Shown here: one piece after another, positions 1-11,284 of the stretch
Layout of the letters: each line of letters starts with the position of its first letter
Position numbering within the stretch: the first letter of the stretch is position 1
Assembly (NCBI GenBank): GCA_031556725.1
Contig: JAVBSL010000016.1
Coordinates: 6,364-70,363 of the forward strand
Direction: 5' to 3'
DNA: 64,000 bases
Origin: Lachnospiraceae bacterium
GTDB lineage: Bacteria; Bacillota; Clostridia; Lachnospirales; Lachnospiraceae
Notes under the pieces: generated by a model
Database searches by the model: none
What the model was told of the DNA's origin: nothing
The model's input: only the letters and a program-made list of their open reading frames with translations
Program-made: the position numbers and the translations under genes

Positions 1-267
1 GTTCAAAATTTTTCCATAGTAATTGAGTTTTTTTACTTCCTGCTCGTTAATCATTTCTTTCATTCCTGTTATATCTCCTTTAATTAGTTGGTCGAGAGAT
101 ACTTTAAATAATGAGCCGAGAAGCAACAGGCTATGAATATCTGGATAGCTTTTTCCATTCTCCCAATTTGAAATTGTCTGTCTTGTTACATACACCTTTT
201 CAGCCAATTCCTCTTGGGATAAATTCATATCCGTTCGGTATTTTTTAATATGTGCATTCAGCTCCAT
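1..267 (-). CDS. XRE-family helix-turn-helix transcriptional regulator (C-terminus runs off the window edge)
   Basis: Own minus-strand translation from the ATG at 267-265 gives MELNAHIKKYRTDMNLSQEELAEKVYVTRQTISNWENGKSYPDIHSLLLLGSLFKVSLDQLIKGD..., a Cro/CI-type HTH signature. An RBS (gaaaggag) lies 8 nt upstream. It is absent from the ORF track because there is no stop inside the window. Confidence 0.75.
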   Translation of the reverse strand, partial: MELNAHIKKYRTDMNLSQEELAEKVYVTRQTISNWENGKSYPDIHSLLLLGSLFKVSLDQLIKGDITGMKEMINEQEVKKLNYYGKILN

Positions 268-372
268 AAGACTTACTCCTTTCACAAGTGATTTATTCTC
301 TTGACCTGCTCTGAGAATAATGGCTTTTTCATTTTCTGTCTATCAAACCTGTTTTACTTTGCCGAAAACATA

Positions 373-392
373 GTGTCAAAAGTATTTGACAC
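373..392. promoter_or_regulatory. Perfect 8-4-8 palindrome GTGTCAAA-agta-TTTGACAC, candidate operator of the adjacent XRE regulator
   Basis: The inverted repeat was read directly. It lies about 105 nt upstream of the XRE gene start. Function is inferred only. Confidence 0.4.
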
Positions 393-684
393 CCAAAAAA
401 ACACTGAAAACAATTGGATTTTCGTTTGTAACTAAATATCTCTATTAATTCTGATTGGATTAATTATATCATTGTTAAGCCAAAAAATATAGCTTCATAT
501 ATACTCCGGAAATTCTACTTGTTTTTCACAAAGGGCGGTTAGTGCGTCAATACTTTGTCTTTTTTTCCATTTTTCAACCAAAAAGCCAGTATTTTCAAGG
601 GCTGTGAAGCATTCTAAGAAAAAGGGCGGTTAAATAGTCTAAACACCCTAAATAAGGGAGTGCAGTGCGTCAATAACACCTAAA

Positions 685-726
685 AACAGAAAAAACGGTC
701 TGTGAAATTTTCACAAACCATTTTTA
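685..726 (-). terminator. Intrinsic terminator downstream of prfA (A-run/T-run flanked, could act in both directions)
   Basis: On the minus strand: ggtttgtgaaa-attt-tcacagacc followed by gttttttctgttttt. The stem is 11 bp with one G.U. Confidence 0.6.
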
Positions 727-817
727 TTACAACATTATTCAATTGCTTTTCATTCTTCTAAAAAAATATCATTCAAAAAAACAACGCATATTCAAGGCTT
801 TTCGGCACCTCAAATGC

Positions 818-1903
818 CTATTCGTTCATCTTAGACAACTTTAAAGCTTGGTCCGCTGCAATAAGACTGTCAATAATTTCCTCAATATCTCCATCCATCA
901 CCGCATCCAGCCTATGCAGGGTCAGCTTAATCCGATGATCGGTAACTCTTCCCTGGGGAAAGTTATAAGTCCTGATCTTCTCCGAACGGTCACCTGTTCC
1001 CACTTGACTCTTCCTTAACTGCGCTTCAGCGTCATGTTGCTTTTCCTGTTCCAATTCATATAGCTTGGCACGAAGTACTCTTAGTGCTTTATCTTTGTTC
1101 TTCAACTGACTCTTTTCATCCTGGCAGGAAATCACGATTCCGGTGGGAATATGGGTCAAACGTACTGCCGAGTCGGTGGTGTTAACACTTTGCCCGCCGT
1201 TTCCCGAAGATCTAAACACATCAAATTTGCAGTCATTCATGTCAATATCTACTTCTACTTCTTCGATTTCCGGCATGATTGCCACGGTAATCGTGGAGGT
1301 GTGAATCCGGCCACCCGATTCTGTTTCCGGCACACGTTGTACCCGGTGCACACCACTTTCATATTTCAAGCGGGAATATGCTCCCTGTCCATTAATCATA
1401 AAACTGACATCCTTCACACCACCGATACCAATCTCGTCCATATTCATGGTTTCCACTTTCCAGCGCTTGCCTTCAGCATACTTCACATATACACGATACA
1501 TTTCAGCTGCAAAAAGAGCAGCTTCATCACCGCCTGCACCGGCACGGATTTCCACAATAACGTTTTTCTCGTCATTGGGGTCCTTGGGCAAAAGCAAAAT
1601 CTTCATTTCATTTTCCAGTTCTTCAATACGCTTCTTTGCTTCATTCAATTCTTCCTTAAGCATTCCACGCATATCTTCATCAGATTCTTCCTCCAGCATG
1701 GCGATGGAATCTTCTACGTCCTGATTGCACTTTTTATACTCTTTATAAGCTTCTACAAGGGGAGTCAAATCACTCTGTTCCTTCATCAGGGAACGAAAAC
1801 GCTCCTGATTACCGGTCACTGTGGGTTCGTTTAACTCACCCATTATTTCTTCAAATCTAATCAATAAATCTTCTAATCTGTCAAACACCTTTCGTTCCTC
1901 CAT
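818..1903 (-). CDS. prfA: Peptide chain release factor 1
   Basis: 361 aa with the GGQ motif ([11 protein letters not shown]) and the RF1-type PET tripeptide ([17 protein letters not shown]). It sits directly downstream of prmC. Confidence 0.95.
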   Translation of the reverse strand: MEERKVFDRLEDLLIRFEEIMGELNEPTVTGNQERFRSLMKEQSDLTPLVEAYKEYKKCNQDVEDSIAMLEEESDEDMRGMLKEELNEAKKRIEELENEMKILLLPKDPNDEKNVIVEIRAGAGGDEAALFAAEMYRVYVKYAEGKRWKVETMNMDEIGIGGVKDVSFMINGQGAYSRLKYESGVHRVQRVPETESGGRIHTSTITVAIMPEIEEVEVDIDMNDCKFDVFRSSGNGGQSVNTTDSAVRLTHIPTGIVISCQDEKSQLKNKDKALRVLRAKLYELEQEKQHDAEAQLRKSQVGTGDRSEKIRTYNFPQGRVTDHRIKLTLHRLDAVMDGDIEEIIDSLIAADQALKLSKMNE

Positions 1904-2726
1904 ATATACCGAACACTACCCGATCTAATCCAGCCAGGTCTTTTACGACCTCTACTTCCTTAAAGCCACTCACTGTCATCAGTTCGCAAACGGCCTCTGC
2001 CTGGTCATATCCAATCTCTAAAAATAACATTCCGCCGGAATACAGATAATCTGCTGCTCCTGCAATAATCCGCCGGTAAAAGAAAAGTCCATCCACATCT
2101 CCATCCAATGCCTGCCGGGGTTCATAATCCCTGACTTCCTCTGACAGCGTTTCAATTACAGAAGATGCAATATAAGGAGGATTGGAAACAATAATATCAT
2201 ACTTCTCCGATACTGCTGCAAATAAATCGCTTTCCACAAATTCGGCATCTACCTGCTGACATTTCGCATTTTCTGCCGCCACAGCCAAAGCTTCCTTAGA
2301 AATATCAACACCGGTTCCCTTGCAATAATTAGAATATTTCAGCAAGCTTAATAAGATACATCCCGAACCGGTACACATATCCAGTATCGACTGTCCATCA
2401 TGGAGATACTTTAATACCTCCTCCACCAGAATCTCTGTATCCTGCCTGGGAATCAGCACATGAGGATTCACCTTAAAATTAAGCCCCATAAACTCCTGAT
2501 AACCTAAAATATACTGAAGCGGTTTACGTGTCCGGCGTTGACCAATAAGGTTTACATAACTTTCTCGCTTCTCTGCCTCAATTACTCTCTCACCATGGAC
2601 CAGTAAATCATGCTTAACCGTATGACAGACCGCTTCCAAAAGCAACCTGGCATCCAATTCAGCTTCTTCTATCCGGACAGCTTCCAACTGTTCCCTGCCC
2701 CATTCATAAAGTTCCCTGTAATTCAT
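1881..2726 (-). CDS. prmC: Release-factor glutamine N5-methyltransferase (HemK/PrmC)
   Basis: 281 aa with the NPPY motif (IIVSNPPYI) and a SAM-binding motif (DMCTGSGCI). It overlaps the prfA start by 23 nt, the classical prmC-prfA pairing. Confidence 0.9.
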   Translation of the reverse strand: MNYRELYEWGREQLEAVRIEEAELDARLLLEAVCHTVKHDLLVHGERVIEAEKRESYVNLIGQRRTRKPLQYILGYQEFMGLNFKVNPHVLIPRQDTEILVEEVLKYLHDGQSILDMCTGSGCILLSLLKYSNYCKGTGVDISKEALAVAAENAKCQQVDAEFVESDLFAAVSEKYDIIVSNPPYIASSVIETLSEEVRDYEPRQALDGDVDGLFFYRRIIAGAADYLYSGGMLFLEIGYDQAEAVCELMTVSGFKEVEVVKDLAGLDRVVFGIYGGTKGV

Positions 2727-2729
2727 CGG

Positions 2730-3752
2730 TTAATCCGCTTCCTCGGTTACTGAATCCGCCTCGGTTTCCTGATCGGCTTCGTCATTAAGCCATGTTTCAT
2801 CCACATCATACCCAAAGGTTTCCTTCTGGTATGCTTTCCAGTCAAACACCGCTTCCACTGCCTTCATGGCCACTTCTACCATCTGTTCGTCCGGTTCCTT
2901 GGTGGTCAGTCTTTGAATCAACATCCCCGGTGCCGACAATATTTTCACAATAATATTATCACTTCTTCCTGCCCAGCGGATAATTTCATAGGAAATCCCC
3001 GCAATCACCGGAACCAGTGCAATTCTTAATAATACCTTATAAAAAGTATTGTCCACTCTGATAAAGAAAAAGACAATAATACTTACAAAAATAACAAAAA
3101 ACATAAAACTGGTACCGCAGCGTTTATGCAGTCTGGAACTTCGCATAACATCCCGCGTAGTCAAAGGACGTCCCTTTTCAATACAATTAATACATTTATG
3201 TTCGGCGCCATGATACTGATAGAGCCGGTGAATATCCTTCATCAAACTGATCGCCACCACATAAATCAAGAAAATAGCAATTCGAATAACACCTTCCAGG
3301 ATGATGATCAATGAGCTGTTACGAATAAATCCCTTCATCCAATCGGACAAATAAAAAGGCAAAATCATAAAAATGGCAATCGCTAACACCACGGAAAACA
3401 CTGTCGTTAACGCCATCAATACTTTCTCCGCTTTATCCTTGAAAATCTTATTAAAAGCCTTGTCAAAGCCTGTCTCTTCGGCTTCACCATCCTCATAAAA
3501 GGAAGCCGAATGAGTAATGGTCTTCATCCCCAGAACCATGGAATCAATAAAATTAAGTACCCCTCTGATAAAAGGTACCTCCTTTATTTTACTGCCCGAC
3601 AAAGTTCCTCTGAAAACATCGATTTCCACATCAATCTCACCATCAGGCTTTCTGATGGCTACTGCATATTCATCCTTGTTTTTCATCATAACCCCTTCCA
3701 GAACGGCTTGTCCGCCGACACCGGAAGATACATTTTTTTTCTTTCTTGCCAT
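2730..3752 (-). CDS. DUF1385 (YqhQ-like) membrane protein
   Basis: 340 aa. The N-terminus GGQAVLEGVMMKN and the HGAEHK motif with several TM helices are typical of the DUF1385 family. The position between rpmE and prmC is conserved in Firmicutes. Confidence 0.7.
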   Translation of the reverse strand: MARKKKNVSSGVGGQAVLEGVMMKNKDEYAVAIRKPDGEIDVEIDVFRGTLSGSKIKEVPFIRGVLNFIDSMVLGMKTITHSASFYEDGEAEETGFDKAFNKIFKDKAEKVLMALTTVFSVVLAIAIFMILPFYLSDWMKGFIRNSSLIIILEGVIRIAIFLIYVVAISLMKDIHRLYQYHGAEHKCINCIEKGRPLTTRDVMRSSRLHKRCGTSFMFFVIFVSIIVFFFIRVDNTFYKVLLRIALVPVIAGISYEIIRWAGRSDNIIVKILSAPGMLIQRLTTKEPDEQMVEVAMKAVEAVFDWKAYQKETFGYDVDETWLNDEADQETEADSVTEEAD

Positions 3753-3838
3753 GATTATCCCTTCTATTTCCTACAGTAAGAAAAAATAAGGTTGAGATGT
3801 GACACCTCAACCTTTTGAACCATTGTTCATGCGTATAG

Positions 3839-4045
3839 CTATTTGCTTTCCACACCGTATTTCTTATTAAACTTATCAATACGTCCACGAGCCTGAGCCT
3901 GTTTCTGCTGTCCGGTATAGAACGGATGGCATGCGGAACAGATTTCCACGTGAATCTCAGGTTTGGTTGATCCTGTCACAAATGTGTTTCCACAGTTACA
4001 TGTTACTGTAGCCTGATGATAATCAGGATGAATTCCTTCTCTCAT
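3839..4045 (-). CDS. rpmE: 50S ribosomal protein L31 (Zn-ribbon type A)
   Basis: 68 aa beginning [10 protein letters not shown], with CNCG...[10 protein letters not shown]. Confidence 0.95.
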   Translation of the reverse strand: MREGIHPDYHQATVTCNCGNTFVTGSTKPEIHVEICSACHPFYTGQQKQAQARGRIDKFNKKYGVESK

Positions 4046-4162
4046 TTCTTCACCTCTCTATTGTTAAATATAAGTAGTTGTTCTCATCCACAAAACATCG
4101 GTTGCCGCAAAACAACCTTAATCAGTGTATCATAGGTTCCACTATCTTGCAAGTACTTTTCA

Positions 4163-5509
4163 TCATATGAATTTAATTTTTTTGACCATATTTACAAATT
4201 CCTGGTTATTTCTTGTTTTAGCAAACATATCCAGAATCCGATCCACCGATTCTTCCGGTTTCAAGCCATTCAGTGCCTTTCGCATGATATTCATGGCCTC
4301 CAATTCGTCGGTAGCTAAAAGCAAGTCCTCTCTTCTGGTACCCGACTTGGGAATGTCGATAGCCGGAAATACTCTTCGTTCCGAAAGCTTTCTGTCCAAA
4401 ATCAATTCCATATTACCGGTTCCCTTGAATTCCTCGTAAACCACATCGTCCATCTTGCTACCGGTATCCACCAGTGCTGTTGCCAAAATGGTCAGTGATC
4501 CGCCTTCCCGCATATTTCTGGCGGCACCAAAGATTCGCTTAGGCATATGAAGTGCCGTGGGGTCCAAACCACCTGACAAGGTTCTGCCGCTGGGAGGAAC
4601 GACCTGATTGTAGGCGCGGGTCAAACGGGTAATACTGTCAATGAGGATCATTACATCCTTCCCATGCTCTACCAGACGCCGGCCTCGTTCGATTACCATC
4701 TCCGACACTCGCTTGTGATGCTCCGGCAATTCATCAAAAGTCGAATAAATTACTTCTACATTCGGCCCTTCGATAGCTTCCTTAATATCGGTTACTTCCT
4801 CAGGACGTTCGTCAATCAATAAAATAATCAGATGGGTATCCGGTGAATTACGCTTAACCGACTTGGCCACATCTTTTAACAGCGTAGTTTTACCTGCTTT
4901 AGGCGGTGATACGATCATCCCTCTCTGGCCCTTGCCGACCGGACTGATCAAATCCATGATCCGCATGGCAACACTGGCACCGGGCATCTCCAGATGCATC
5001 CGCTCATTGGGGAAAATGGGGGTCATGTCCTCAAAATTACGACGGGTAGCTGCCACCTCCGGTAAATAACCATTGATGCTTTTTACCATCAAAAGTGCGG
5101 CGAACTTCTCCCCCTGTGATTTCACCCTGGTATTTCCTTCCAGAATATCCCCTGTTTTCAATCCAAACCGGCGTATCTGGCTGGGTGCCACATACACATC
5201 CCTTTCACCGGGTAAATAATTCTCACAACGAATAAAACCATATCCATCCGGCATCACTTCTAAGATACCGCTGGCAATAATGCCGCTGTCTAAGTCTGCC
5301 GGTGTTTTTTCTTCATCTCTTTTCTCTGTATTATTCCCTTCACCGCTTTCTTTAGCAGCTACACTATTTTTCTCTTTGTCCTTTTCATCCTCCTGCAGCA
5401 TCAAATCTACCAGTTCGGATTTCTTTAGTAATGAGGTGCCTTTTAAACCTCTTGCTTTGGCAACTGCACGCAAATCGGCAAGCCCCAGCGATTCATATTT
5501 TTCTCTCAT
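4163..5509 (-). CDS. rho: Transcription termination factor Rho
   Basis: 448 aa with an N-terminal Rho_N domain ([15 protein letters not shown]), an acidic/lysine-rich insert, Walker A ([10 protein letters not shown]) and the Rho RNA-binding core. Confidence 0.95.
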   Translation of the reverse strand: MREKYESLGLADLRAVAKARGLKGTSLLKKSELVDLMLQEDEKDKEKNSVAAKESGEGNNTEKRDEEKTPADLDSGIIASGILEVMPDGYGFIRCENYLPGERDVYVAPSQIRRFGLKTGDILEGNTRVKSQGEKFAALLMVKSINGYLPEVAATRRNFEDMTPIFPNERMHLEMPGASVAMRIMDLISPVGKGQRGMIVSPPKAGKTTLLKDVAKSVKRNSPDTHLIILLIDERPEEVTDIKEAIEGPNVEVIYSTFDELPEHHKRVSEMVIERGRRLVEHGKDVMILIDSITRLTRAYNQVVPPSGRTLSGGLDPTALHMPKRIFGAARNMREGGSLTILATALVDTGSKMDDVVYEEFKGTGNMELILDRKLSERRVFPAIDIPKSGTRREDLLLATDELEAMNIMRKALNGLKPEESVDRILDMFAKTRNNQEFVNMVKKIKFI

Positions 5510-5610
5510 AAATACCTCTCTCTATGTAATTAATTCATTTATTGGGATTCAAAACAAGACCTGTTCTTTGATATGTTTCCTAGTATCTATGGTGTATTAT
5601 ACAACAATTG

Positions 5611-5642
5611 CAAAAAAAAGGGAAGAGTTTTTACTCTTCCCC
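5611..5642 (-). terminator. Intrinsic terminator of the symporter gene; the stop codon lies in the hairpin loop
   Basis: On the minus strand: gggaagag-taaaaa-ctcttccc followed by an 8-T run. The symporter stop (TAA, 5633-5631) is within the loop. Confidence 0.6.
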
Positions 5643-7187
5643 AATAGATTTTTTCTGTGAAACCTCAACTTTTCTGTTATAGCAGGAAAATACCGCATCA
5701 ATTCGCTTTTCTTCGGGCTTTTTCGTCAATAAGCTTACTACCGGTACTATCACCAATCCTGCTACCATTGCTAAAGCTCCGGCATTAATAGGGGATTTCA
5801 GCATAGTTGGGAAATATTTTCCGAACAACAAATTAGCAGTCATCAGAACCGTTCCGAAGATAAAGCTGCACCATACTGCCGGGGCTGTAGCCCTTTTCCA
5901 GTACAACCCATACAGGAACGGAGCCAGGAAAGCTCCTGCCAGTGCTCCCCAGGAAATACCCATCAACTGAGCAATAAAGGTAATTCTGCTCTTATACTGA
6001 ATAATTGCAATTACTACCGAAATAGCAATAAAGACAACAATTAAAATACGCATAACCAATAACTGTTTTTTCTCACTCATATTCTTAACAATATTGTCCT
6101 TCAAAAAGTCCAGTGTTAATGTGGAACTGGAAGCCATAACTAATGATGACAAAGTAGACATCGAAGCTGACAGTACCAAAATAACCACCAACCCGATTAA
6201 TAATGGCGACAGGTTCGATAACATTGCCGGAATAATTGCATCAAAGCCTTCTTTAGCCACATCAATTTTATCCGAATACAGTCTTCCGAATCCGCCCAGA
6301 AAATAACATCCACCGGAAATTACCAAAGCAAAAACTGTGGAAATAATAGTTCCCTTGCTAATAGCCCGTTCGCTTTTAATAGCATAAAACTTCTGTACCA
6401 TCTGCGGCAATCCCCAGGTTCCCAAAGAGGTTAACAGGATAACACCCAGCAAATTAACCGGATCGGGGCCGAAGAAGGAAGCAAATACCCCCGGCTGTGT
6501 CGAAACAGCCACATCCTCCACATAAGCCAGACTGTTAACCGCCTCCATAAAGCCGCCATTAGATTTTAATACTGCTGCCACAACTGCCACGATACCCACA
6601 AGCATAATAATTCCCTGAACAAAATCATTGATTGCGGTAGCCATATATCCGCCGGCTATTACATACACCCCTGTTAATACCGCCATTACAATAATACAAA
6701 TGGAATAATCAATATTAAATGCCATTCCGAAAAGTCGTGATAATCCATTATATAGGGATGCGGTATAAGGAATCAAAAATATGAAAACAATTGCGGATGC
6801 TCCGATTTTAAGAGCATTGCTGTCAAATCGCTTGCCAAAAAATTCCGGCATGGTAGCACTGTTCAAATGCTGGGACATAACTCTGGTCCGCCGGCCCAAA
6901 ATCACCCAGGCTAACATGGAGCCGATCAGGGCATTGCCGATACCGATCCAGGTCGATGCCAGGCCATATTTCCAGCCAAACTGACCTGCATATCCCACAA
7001 AAATAACTGCTGAAAAATAGGAAGTCCCGTAAGCAAATGCCGTCAGCCAGGGACCCACACTTCGTCCCCCTAAAACAAATCCGTTTACATCTGTGGTATG
7101 TTTGCGGCAGTATAACCCAATTCCAATCATAACTGCAAAAAATACCACCAACATCAATATTTGTATAATCATTTTCTCCATCCTCAC
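5631..7187 (-). CDS. Sodium:solute symporter family (SSS) transporter
   Basis: 518 aa with about 13 predicted TM helices and SSS-like motifs (GGRSVGPWLTAFAYGTSYFSA). The start may be a downstream in-frame Met (MEKM/MIIQ). Confidence 0.85.
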   Translation of the reverse strand: MRMEKMIIQILMLVVFFAVMIGIGLYCRKHTTDVNGFVLGGRSVGPWLTAFAYGTSYFSAVIFVGYAGQFGWKYGLASTWIGIGNALIGSMLAWVILGRRTRVMSQHLNSATMPEFFGKRFDSNALKIGASAIVFIFLIPYTASLYNGLSRLFGMAFNIDYSICIIVMAVLTGVYVIAGGYMATAINDFVQGIIMLVGIVAVVAAVLKSNGGFMEAVNSLAYVEDVAVSTQPGVFASFFGPDPVNLLGVILLTSLGTWGLPQMVQKFYAIKSERAISKGTIISTVFALVISGGCYFLGGFGRLYSDKIDVAKEGFDAIIPAMLSNLSPLLIGLVVILVLSASMSTLSSLVMASSSTLTLDFLKDNIVKNMSEKKQLLVMRILIVVFIAISVVIAIIQYKSRITFIAQLMGISWGALAGAFLAPFLYGLYWKRATAPAVWCSFIFGTVLMTANLLFGKYFPTMLKSPINAGALAMVAGLVIVPVVSLLTKKPEEKRIDAVFSCYNRKVEVSQKKSIGEE

Positions 7188-7199
7188 TCTTTCTTTCAG

Positions 7200-8834
7200 T
7201 TATGATTCATTCTGTGCTTCTACCAACCGCTTACCGCAGTATTTATCACGCAGCTTCGGTTTTTCAATCTTACCGGTAGGATTCCGGGGAATCTCGGCAA
7301 AAATAATTTTATTGGGGCGCTTATATCTGGGCAGCTGATGACAAAATGCACTCAGTTCTTCCTCTGTGCAAACCACATCCGGTTTTAATTCTACTACCGC
7401 CAACGTGGTTTCTCCCAAGCGTTTATCCGGGATACCGATCACCGCCACGTCATGAACCGCATTGTTATGGCGAATGAAATCCTCAATCTGCACAGGGTAA
7501 ATATTCTCACCGCCACTGATAATAACATCTTTCTTTCGGTCTACCAAAAAGATAAAGCCGTCCTCATCCTCCTTGGCCATATCGCCGGTAAACAGCCAGC
7601 CGTCCTTCAATACCTCGGCCGTTGCCTGCGGATCTTTATAATAGCATACCATCACACCGGGTCCTTTAACTGCCAGCTCACCAACATCACCTTTGACCAC
7701 CTCTGCTCGGTCTTCATCCACAATTTTGGTCTGCCAGCCGTAACCGGCCACACCGATGGCACCTACTTTATGTATATTTTCCATTCCCAGATGTACACAG
7801 CCCGGTCCAATGGATTCACTGAGACCGTAATTGGTATCATAGGCATGATTGGGAAAGTATTTCTTCCAGTTACGAATCAGACTGGGCGGTACCGGCTGCG
7901 CACCGATATGCATCAAACGCCACTGCTCAAGTTCATAATCGGCCAGGTTTACCTTTCCGCTTTCAATGGCTTCGATAATATCCTGTGCCCAGGGCACCAG
8001 TAGCCATACGATAGTACACTTTTCCTTAGAAACCGCATCCAAAATATAACGGGGTTTCGTTCCTTTCAGCAGAACCGCCTTACTTCCTGACAGTAATGAA
8101 CCAAACCAGTGCATCTTGGCACCCGTATGATACAGAGGCGGAATGCAAAGGAACACATCTTCCCTTGTCTGCTTGTGATGATTCTGCTCCACGCTGCAGG
8201 AATGCAGCAGGCTTGCATGAGTATGTAAAATTGCCTTGGGAAATCCTGTGGTTCCCGAAGAAAAATAAATAGCGGCGTCATCACTTTCCGTCAGTACCAT
8301 ATCCGGTGATTTGCTGGAACAGTTGGATGTCAGCGAATTATAATCTTCCGCAAAGGAAGGACAATTCTCGCCCACATAAAACAGCAATCGATTAGTACTG
8401 ATCTTATCAGCAATCTCCTCTACACGGCCGATAAACTCCGGTCCAAACATCAATATATCCACATCTGCCAGATTCACGCAGTATTCAATCTCATCCGGTG
8501 CATAACGAAAATTCAAAGGCACTGCCAGGGCTCCTGTCTTTAAGATGCCGAAATATATGGGCAGCCATTCCAGACAGTTGGTCAGTAATATTGCCACCTT
8601 ATCGCCCTTCTTGATTCCTCTGGAAATCAGAAGATTGGCCAAACGGTTGGCTTTTTCATTAAATACATGCCAGGTAATCTCCCGCCGGTAATAAGAAGAA
8701 GGATTGGGCTCAGTCAATTCATATTCTTTCCAAGTAACCCGCCGAACCTCGGTCACTTCCGGATTCACTTCTACCAGACTGATATCCTCTCCGTATCTTT
8801 CACTGTTTCTCTCTAACAAATCAATAATTGTCAT
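7200..8834 (-). CDS. AMP-forming acyl-CoA synthetase (AMP-binding family)
   Basis: 544 aa with the AMP-binding signature (YFSSGTTGFPKAILHTH), then TGD and GKIEK near the C-terminus. Confidence 0.85.
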   Translation of the reverse strand: MTIIDLLERNSERYGEDISLVEVNPEVTEVRRVTWKEYELTEPNPSSYYRREITWHVFNEKANRLANLLISRGIKKGDKVAILLTNCLEWLPIYFGILKTGALAVPLNFRYAPDEIEYCVNLADVDILMFGPEFIGRVEEIADKISTNRLLFYVGENCPSFAEDYNSLTSNCSSKSPDMVLTESDDAAIYFSSGTTGFPKAILHTHASLLHSCSVEQNHHKQTREDVFLCIPPLYHTGAKMHWFGSLLSGSKAVLLKGTKPRYILDAVSKEKCTIVWLLVPWAQDIIEAIESGKVNLADYELEQWRLMHIGAQPVPPSLIRNWKKYFPNHAYDTNYGLSESIGPGCVHLGMENIHKVGAIGVAGYGWQTKIVDEDRAEVVKGDVGELAVKGPGVMVCYYKDPQATAEVLKDGWLFTGDMAKEDEDGFIFLVDRKKDVIISGGENIYPVQIEDFIRHNNAVHDVAVIGIPDKRLGETTLAVVELKPDVVCTEEELSAFCHQLPRYKRPNKIIFAEIPRNPTGKIEKPKLRDKYCGKRLVEAQNES

Positions 8835-8929
8835 CTTAATTCTTCTTTCCGTAATTTACTTTCGCGGTTTAAAGCATTAACGCTTTTAACCACAAAAGTA
8901 CTATAACGCATATTATCCATAAAGTCAAG

Positions 8930-8958
8930 AAAAAGTCCGGCAAAACCGGACTTTTTTA
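8930..8958 (-). terminator. Intrinsic terminator after the ACT-domain gene
   Basis: agtccgg-caaaa-ccggact, flanked by an A-run and a T-run. Confidence 0.6.
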
Positions 8959-8965
8959 TCAGTAC

Positions 8966-9373
8966 TTATTCAAAGAATTCTACACCTGCACGGTTCAACA
9001 CATTAGTGGCCACTTCCAGATCAGAAGTTTTTATGGCCAAAGCCGCCTCGTCGGTACCGGTACACAATGCATACATATATTCAATGTTAATGCCTGCATT
9101 GCAGAGCACAGTCAATACCTTTTCCAAAGCTCCCACCTGATGATCCATCTTCACCGCCAGAATATCCGTTAATGTTGCCGACAAATCATTTTTCTTCAGA
9201 ATATCCCGTCCCCCTTTCGGGTCAGATACCAAAAGACGAAGCATTCCGTATTCACTGGTATCTGCCAGACTCAAAGAAATAATATTAATATTCTCTTCCT
9301 TCAGGATACGAAGCACATCCGAAAGTCTGCCTTCCCTGTTTTCCAAAAAAACCGATAATTGTTTCATATACAT
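8966..9373 (-). CDS. ACT domain-containing protein
   Basis: 135 aa with a tandem ACT-like fold pattern (LSVFLENREGRLSDVLRIL). It sits downstream of the PaaK-like ligase, as in many anaerobes. Confidence 0.8.
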   Translation of the reverse strand: MYMKQLSVFLENREGRLSDVLRILKEENINIISLSLADTSEYGMLRLLVSDPKGGRDILKKNDLSATLTDILAVKMDHQVGALEKVLTVLCNAGINIEYMYALCTGTDEAALAIKTSDLEVATNVLNRAGVEFFE

Positions 9374-9384
9374 ACCTCCGTCTT

Positions 9385-10683
9385 CTACACCAGTTTACGC
9401 TTGTCAATTACACGAACTGCTTTTCCCATACTTCTTTCGATGGTCCTGGGCTCTACCAGTTTCACCTTCACGGCCAGACCGACTGCTCCCTGAATGGTCC
9501 GTTCTATCTTCTTCGTCAGGTTTTCCAATGCCTTAATCTCATCGGAGAAGAAATGCTCTTCTACTTCTACCTGTACTTCCAGAATATCCAGATTATTCAC
9601 CCGGTCTACGATCATGATATAATGAGGAGAAGTTTCCCCCATTTCCAAAAGTGCTGCCTCTACCTGCGAAGGGAATACATTTACCCCGCGGATAATCAGC
9701 ATATCATCGGAACGTCCCTTGAACCGGCTGATTCTGGCTAAAGTTCTGCCACATTCACATTTATCATAATCAATGCTGGTCAAATCCTTGGTCCGATAAC
9801 GGATCAGCGGGATTCCCTCTTTGGTCAATGTGGTAAATACCAGTTCTCCGGTTTCTCCTGCACCAATAGGCTGTAGTGTTTCAGGTGAAATGATTTCCGG
9901 AAGAAAATGATCTTCATAAATATGCAGACCCTTATGATGGATACAGTCACACGCCACACCGGGTCCCATGATTTCCGACAAGCCGTAGATATCATGAGCA
10001 TTGATATGTAATTTATCTTCGATCTGCAAACGCATTGCCTCGGTCCACGGCTCGGCTCCGCAAATGGCAGCCTTCAGCTTAATATCACCCAGCTTTCCTT
10101 CTGCTTCCAGGGTTTCTGCAATATGTAACAAATAAGAAGGGGTACAGGCAATCGCTGTTACGCCAAAGTCTTCCATCATTGTAGTCAGCTTCTTGGTATT
10201 GCCGGTTGACATGGGTACAACCGTTGCTCCCAGATGCTCTGCGCCATAGTGGGCACCTAATCCGCCGGTAAATAATCCATAACCATATGCTACCTGGATG
10301 GTATCGCCTCTTCCCACACCTGCCATCGTCAACGCTCTGGCCACACATTCTGACCAGACATCAATATCTCTTCTGGTATAGCCAACTACGGTTGCTTTTC
10401 CGGTGGTTCCGCTGGATGCATGAATCCGGACAATTTCCGATTGTGGGGCTGCAAATAATCCAAAAGGATATGTATCCCGCAGGTCATCTTTAGTGGTATA
10501 GGGTAATTTGTGCAAATCCTCAATGCCATTAATATCTCCCGGCTCAATTCCAGCTCCCTGCATTTTTTTGCGGTAGTACTCTACATTGTGATAAACTCTG
10601 TTAACTGTCTTCACCAGTCTTTTGCTCTGCAGAACCGCCATTTCGTCACGGCTCATACACTCTTTTGCTTCATTCCATATCAT
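9385..10683 (-). CDS. paaK: Phenylacetate-CoA ligase family (arylacetate-CoA ligase)
   Basis: 432 aa, PaaK-type adenylate-forming enzyme ([17 protein letters not shown]; YGLSE; RTKD). Confidence 0.85.
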   Translation of the reverse strand: MIWNEAKECMSRDEMAVLQSKRLVKTVNRVYHNVEYYRKKMQGAGIEPGDINGIEDLHKLPYTTKDDLRDTYPFGLFAAPQSEIVRIHASSGTTGKATVVGYTRRDIDVWSECVARALTMAGVGRGDTIQVAYGYGLFTGGLGAHYGAEHLGATVVPMSTGNTKKLTTMMEDFGVTAIACTPSYLLHIAETLEAEGKLGDIKLKAAICGAEPWTEAMRLQIEDKLHINAHDIYGLSEIMGPGVACDCIHHKGLHIYEDHFLPEIISPETLQPIGAGETGELVFTTLTKEGIPLIRYRTKDLTSIDYDKCECGRTLARISRFKGRSDDMLIIRGVNVFPSQVEAALLEMGETSPHYIMIVDRVNNLDILEVQVEVEEHFFSDEIKALENLTKKIERTIQGAVGLAVKVKLVEPRTIERSMGKAVRVIDKRKLV

Positions 10684-10713
10684 TTCATTTTCCTCCGAAA
10701 ATTTGATTAAAAT

Positions 10714-11283
10714 TTAAAGATTATACCCCAATTCGAAAGCCTTTTTATTTAATTCCACTGTTTTGGCCGGAACCGTCTGCTCTATTACGGTCAGCCAGTC
10801 CTCCTTCTTAAAATCCATGCGTTTAGCAGCCAAACCGATAATAATCGTATTAAACACCCGGGAGTTGCCCAGCTTTTTGGCTTCTTCCATGGCATCCACT
10901 ACCACCACATTGCGCCGTTCTTTCAGAGTTTCGATAATACCTTCCGGATACTCAGCCATCCCGGTCACCACCGTCATGGGATCCATCCGCTGGTCATTCA
11001 CGATCAACACGCCGTCTTTTTTCAAAAAATGCACATAACGCAGGGCTTCCAAACGTTCAAACGCAATCAGTACATCGGCCTGCCCTTCTTCCACGATGGG
11101 TTCTGCCACCTGATCACCGAAGCGCACATAAGTTACCACACTTCCGCCCCGCTGGGCCATTCCGTGCACTTCAGAAATCTTCACATCATATCCGGCAGTT
11201 TTGGTAATACCGCCTAAAATACGGCTGGTCAGCAGGGTTCCCTGGCCGCCCACGCCGACAATCATAATATTCTTTGTTTCCAT
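10714..11283 (-). CDS. iorB: Indolepyruvate:ferredoxin oxidoreductase subunit beta
   Basis: METKNIMIVGVGGQGTLLTSRILG... The start was moved to the ATG at 11283, directly after the iorA stop. The track ORF has a 12-aa upstream extension. Confidence 0.85.
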   Translation of the reverse strand: METKNIMIVGVGGQGTLLTSRILGGITKTAGYDVKISEVHGMAQRGGSVVTYVRFGDQVAEPIVEEGQADVLIAFERLEALRYVHFLKKDGVLIVNDQRMDPMTVVTGMAEYPEGIIETLKERRNVVVVDAMEEAKKLGNSRVFNTIIIGLAAKRMDFKKEDWLTVIEQTVPAKTVELNKKAFELGYNL

Positions 11284-11284
11284 C

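Noticed and set aside
1151-1834. The track contains many long ORFs antisense to, or out of frame within, clear genes. Examples are 1151-1834 in prfA, 7452-8003 in the acyl-CoA synthetase, 21529-22056 in the ATPase, 37372-38118 in holA and 61682-62356 in xylB.
   Set aside because: Each lies inside a gene whose product has strong family motifs on the other frame or strand. Their translations are low-complexity or have unusual composition, and they have no RBS. I treat them as shadow ORFs.
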